The translations under genes were made by a program, and so were the position numbers. A stretch of DNA of 57,536 nucleotides, counting the filler, from Bipalium vagum (taxonomy: Eukaryota), in the NCBI GenBank assembly GCA_037834085.1. It is 3 parts of 3 records of this genome, joined end to end, with 100 filler letters (N's around TTAATTAATTAA, not from the genome) between each part and the next. Parts side by side here need not be neighbours in the genome. Positions count along the whole stretch, not along the records: positions 35,776 to 57,536 come from JBBMKC010232284.1; 2 more parts are not named here. One strand, written 5' to 3'. The notes under the pieces were generated by a model. The model was not told where the DNA came from. It saw only the letters and a program-made list of their open reading frames with translations, and made no database searches. Below are positions 52,590 to 57,536 of the stretch, piece after piece (the first letter of the stretch is position 1; each line of letters starts with the position of its first letter).

Positions 52590-52860
52590 ATCAATAGTGA
52601 GTCGGGTTACCACCTCCTACTACATAATATTGTATTCATTTTGCTTATTAATTAGATGATTTATTTCCCCTTGTTAAAGCAGATTTTTAATTCATCCAAT
52701 GCTTTAGGAGTACCACGTGAAAATCGTTGGTAACGACAAATGACATCCCTCATATATTCAATGGAAGATAAATCTGTTGTCTATATGACCAAGTTATTGT
52801 TTTCACTTCTACGTCTTGTGAAAACTTTTCTGGTAAACTAGACTAGAAAGTCCGTTATTA
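52590..52860 (-). mobile_element. Tc1-like fragment
   Basis: Minus-strand TDLSSIEYMRDVI resembles SPDLSPIEHxWD. Confidence 0.45.
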
Positions 52861-54576
52861 ATTAGCAAATGATAAACAAAGATTAAAATGAAAAATAAAG
52901 TGAAAATTAATTAATCCTAAATGTAGAAATATATAATTGGCTGTGGTAACACTTTAACCAATAAAAATAGAGATAAATCATAAATAAATTCTTTTGATTT
53001 TAATATTTAACTTTCGGCTTAGAGCACATAATTTAAAACAAGAAAACTGACCTTTAAAATAGATTATATGATCAAATAAAAGATGACGTTTTATTCAAAC
53101 AAAAAATTACCACGAACACTTGCAGGCAAATATTATTTCTTTTCGGTAAATCACAAAATACCTAAAAAGAATTTCAATTTATGTCATTTTGATAAACTAA
53201 ATATACGAGGAAAATTTAAACATGATTACAATCAAAATCCATATTACATGTAAAATAAAATGAAATCAATTAAATTAATTAATTAAATTAATATAATTAA
53301 TTAATTGCATATTAAGTATTTTAAATATATCTTAAATATAAAATAAAAAATTGATCAAATAAATAATAATTTTAATTTAAAATCATAAAAGATATTTAAA
53401 TAATAAAAATAAAATTCCAAATTTTGTTTAAATATTTCCAAAGTTACCTGTGACATTTTTTATGTGATTAATTTATAATGTTCTGGTCTACTTAATTAGT
53501 AAAAACTATATAATAATAATTACGTCTTATAATAAAATATCAATTATTTTAAAAATGATGTTTACAATTTTATTGTTCCTTTAATTATAATTTGTCAAAT
53601 ATTAATTGACAATTTGAAACGTTTTAATTGATATATTGAATAATGAAAGATTCCATTTATTTCTACTTTCCATTATTATTTATATGGCCTGCTATGGTTG
53701 AAAAACTTTTTAATTTTATTAATTAAAAATAATATTTTAATTCTGAAGAGGAATGTGACAATTTTTCAAATCCTTTTAACACTGATAATTCAGTTGAAGT
53801 AGAAAAATGATATCAGATATCTCATTAGTCCAAGTTCGTTAATAAAAATAATTCTTTGCATATGACAATACTCCTCAAACTAATTCACAATTTATTATAA
53901 TCTATTTTAAAGTTTATCTGATAGAGATCATTTCTATGTTCTTTTGTTCTTTTGTTCTTTTGTTTTATCATTATCATAATCATGTTTTATTAATATTATT
54001 ACCATTATTATTTTATTATTAATATTATCATTATATTATTAATATCCTATTATTAATAGCTTATCTAAATATTAATATATTATTAAATTAATATCCCAGA
54101 GGCAATTAAATAACCAATTAAAATAAAATTGTCTAACAATAATTTTCACTTGGTCATTTTTTTGGAAAATAATATTTCTCAATTTGTTTAAATGAAATAA
54201 ATTAATTTTCACAAATTTTAAAATTTCCTTTTATCTCATAATTCTTTACGGAAAAATTATAAAAACAAAAGTTTATTATTAATTATTATTAATAATATAT
54301 TACCAATTGTAAAATTTTAGCTATTTTTAAGAACTGGTGGTGAAATGACATTTTGTTATAATTATTTCCCTTCGTAGCAAAATACAATTACGATTTAATT
54401 ATTGTTAATACTTTGTTAATAATCCAAGGAACAAAGTGGTATTATTTATAATTTCTATGGAAAATAACTTCCAAAAGTGACCAATAATTCTTCGTTAAGC
54501 CTCTTTATTTTCCAGTCTTTTTTTCGTATAAAAATAAAAATAATATTATATTAAGAAAATTTAACTTTAATTTCAG

Positions 54577-54754
54577 TCTTGTGGCGGTGGACCATGTGTG
54601 AGATATTCTAATTTTTTATCACCAAACCCGGAGGAACAATGCTCGGACAGTGGACGAGGAGCTAGTGATGATGATATTAAGGCCTTAAACATGAATGGGA
54701 ATTCAGCAATTTTGTCCCGACTTGGAAGTTCAGTATATGGAACTTACTCTATGG
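54577..54754 (+). CDS. Protocadherin cytoplasmic exon with CM1-like DSGxGxSD motif
   Basis: tttcag acceptor, phase 0. Translates SCGGGPCV...CSDSGRGASDDD...GTYSM, then G|GTAACA donor. The following exon was not identified. Confidence 0.75.
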
Positions 54755-55609
54755 GTAACAAGCTTAAATTTTAAATTGTTACATACAGTAAAATATGGCG
54801 TTTATTATAAAACATCAATATTTAACCAGCTTTTATTAACTTATTAATTATTATGATAATAATGTTACTATTATTATTATTAATGTAAATAATGTCAAAA
54901 ATAATAAATCAAGGTGTAATTTTCAAGGGGACATGTTTTATTATGTATATTAAGTGATCAAATACATATTTTGTATTGTGAACTATTGAAACCGGGATAA
55001 ACAGTTACTGTCAACTGATAGGGACTTCAACAACTGCAGTTCAATCACAAACTCAGAGCAAAACAAACAGAATGAGAAGCTCAGTCGAGTTATTCCTTGT
55101 ATCGGTTGATGGTATATGGTCTATTGGAGAAGAGGTCCAAATAGGAGGATATAATAAAATGACTAGATTATCAGATCGCCATAAAAATAAATCAAATATT
55201 CGGTGATAAAATGCTTAATAAATGGAAAATGTTATTAATGATTAAAAGTATATGTAATAAGGCTTACTTTGACTTCTCAATCTCATCGAATTTTAAAACG
55301 TAAAAAACGATTTATTCATATTTGTACACCTCGTTTTAAAAAAGAAGAGATCTTTCTTTTAAATACGCAAATTTTCAAATGAAAAGTTTTTAAAAATTAG
55401 GTAGCCATCAAAATCGAAAACAATGTAAAGCAAAGTATTTTGAAAATTTTGAAATATTAGAGTGAACCAAAAGATTCTACGTTTTTAGAACATAAAACGA
55501 AACAAATATTTAGAGAAAACAAAATGAAAACCAATTTTCAAAATAAATGCTCTTTGGTTCGATAGTATGAAGCGTTTGTCTCAAGGATTTTCATTGATTT
55601 TCCGACATA

Positions 55610-56882
55610 CCTAGTAAGGCTAAAAAGTACTTCGATTCTACCAGAAATAATGAAGATAACTGATAAAAAAAATTATTAACAATACATATACGCGAATAGG
55701 TCTCATTTCTAAATATAACCGCCGTTTACATCGACGCACTTCATTCCACTGGTCGACCATTCAATTAAAATCCATTTCAAAGAAATTTTGATCCTTCTTC
55801 ATAAGGAATTTCATCACATTATCCTTCATATCACCCTTTGAAATTTTTGTTCTCTCATATGTTTCTTCAGATGGTTGAACAACCAGAAATCACTTGGTGT
55901 TAGATCTGTACTGTAAGGGCGATGATCCAGCTTCACAGATCCAGATTTTGCTAATATCTCTTAAGATTTCTTTGATGTGAAAATAGGAGCGTTATCAAGA
56001 AGCAAATGCAATCCTTGTTCCGAGACTTGCGTCGGATATTTCGGGTTTCAAGTAAGAGATTACTGAGTAATCAGAATTTATGATTTCTTCAGTAAGATTA
56101 AGCTTCAAGATTTATTTTCTATCCCAAAAGACGGTCAACATGGAACATTTATGGTGCGTAATTCCCAGACTCAATATTTTAGACGGCTTCTCACTTTGGA
56201 AAACCCATTCCTTTGACTCTCTTTTGAAGTAAGAAATGCATAGAATCAATGACGTTTCGTCTGTAGTTATCATATTCCATAAAAAAGTTAGTACAACACC
56301 CAGAAGACAAAGATTCCTTTCACAAGCCATTTTTCGTCTAGCCATCTTCTCGGCTCTTAGAAATCTTGGCATAAATCTGTTACATAGCTCTCGGACTCAA
56401 ATTTGGTCTAAAAGCAGCTTGGTGGTTCTTTTGCATACATTTAGCTTCTCAGGCAGTTGAGTTTGATTAATTTTTCGTTATTTTGTACAATTTCTTTCAA
56501 TTTTGTAATAATTTCTTCATTAATTTCGGCAGGTCTTCCACTTTTTGATGCTTCATAAACACTTGCACTGCCAGATGATAAATTGCGGATCTAGTTATAG
56601 ATGGTCGCCTTTTATGGAACTTCTTCACCGTATACTCATTTCAGCTTATTAATGATTTCCTGCTTCGTAGATCCCTTCAGTAGTAAAAACCGGATCACAC
56701 TTCGGAATTCTACATTTTCAAACATTATTTTAAATTTATCATATCTAGTGGAAAAGAAATTAGACTATTTAAACAAATCATATATTTCATGTCTATATAT
56801 GATTATTATGTTATGTGCAAAATATTTTTAAAATATATTCATTATTTCTGGTAGAGTCTAAGTACTTTTTTGCCTTACCACG
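55610..56882 (-). mobile_element. Full-length (1273 bp) degenerate mariner
   Basis: Imperfect TIRs of about 45 bp (GTAAGGC.AAAAAGTACTT.GA.TCTACCAGAAATAATGAA) with TA on both sides. Motifs EFRSVIRFL, SGRP, FMPRFL, ITTDET, MLTVFWD, LLDNAP and PYSTDLTPSDF. Confidence 0.92.
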
Positions 56883-57441
56883 TATGTTCAACCGTTGTTT
56901 TGATTTACTTTCGGTTAATTCACGAGGGACTTCTCGACAGCTTTAACTGACTTTCCCAATTTCATGCATGTGTTGGACAATGGATGTTTGAAGAATGGCC
57001 AACTTGTGTGACACCATATAACTGCTGGTTGGTGGTATAATGATTTACATAAAATGAACGTGAAAAAAGACCTAAAATTATTTTCCCAAATTTTTAGAAA
57101 ATTATTAAACTTTAAATAAATGACTTTAATAAAACAGTTGAGTATATCATATTAATATTAATAATTAAGTCTCTGTGTTTTATACCTTTCACGTTCTCTG
57201 TTAATTCTCATTTCTGGTTAAAAACTATTTCCCATTTCATTTACATGAAGAAAATTGATGATTTCATTAGCAAAATCGTAAGCTTTTGTCAGAAATAATT
57301 AGAAACGCCACCCGCTTGTCATGCTGTCATTTAAATAGTACTTAATCTAAATATTGGTTCACCATTATCTTTTTAAAACTTTTATATGATTTTCAGTTAT
57401 TTTTAGGCAAGATTGAAAAATTTATTTATTTTCAAATTTAG

Positions 57442-57472
57442 TAATAATAATATTATTATTAATAATAATAAC

Positions 57473-57507
<35 letters not shown>

Positions 57508-57536
57508 TAATAATAATAATAATAATAACAATAATA
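57442..57536. repeat. (AAT)n/(AAC) microsatellite
   Basis: Direct read; runs to the end of the window. Confidence 0.9.

Noticed and set aside
54995-55210. Candidate terminal protocadherin exon
   Set aside because: Possible AG acceptors lack a pyrimidine tract and the translations have no recognisable motif; left unresolved.
1-57536. CRISPR arrays, operons, rRNA/tRNA genes, prokaryotic defence systems
   Set aside because: The sequence is eukaryotic with spliceosomal introns; no repeat-spacer array or structural RNA signature was seen.

Overview
A very AT-rich, intron-containing animal genomic scaffold, not prokaryotic. Composition, 41-50 bp mini-introns and dense mariner decay suggest a planarian-like flatworm (inference). 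Splicing by hand gives four genes. (1) hunchback (- strand, 4 coding exons, 8718..3948, 564 aa) has 2 N-terminal and 4 central C2H2 fingers but no visible C-terminal finger pair, and an NRE-like Pumilio site just after the stop. (2) A 3-exon TPPP/p25-alpha gene (- strand, 27916..27311, 172 aa), absent from the ORF track, has RFX X-box-like sites upstream. (3) An intronless 202-aa ORF I cannot recognise (32296..32904, +). (4) The 3' part of a delta-type protocadherin (+, exons 36308..54754: last ~3 cadherin repeats, TM helix, DSGxGxSD motif); its 5' exons are not visible. Most of the rest is decayed transposons: many DD34D mariners, Tc1, ITm DD37E, a rosa/DD41D-like element, a TIR-complete pogo/Tigger inserted in a Merlin element, a Ty3/gypsy RT fragment and probable LINE remnants. 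There are also (AAT)n microsatellites and four assembly gaps, two carrying an artificial TTAATTAATTAA linker. I found no convincing novel multi-gene system. The best leads are the truncated hunchback with its 3'UTR element, the orphan ORF, the TPPP locus and the protocadherin splicing/nesting questions.
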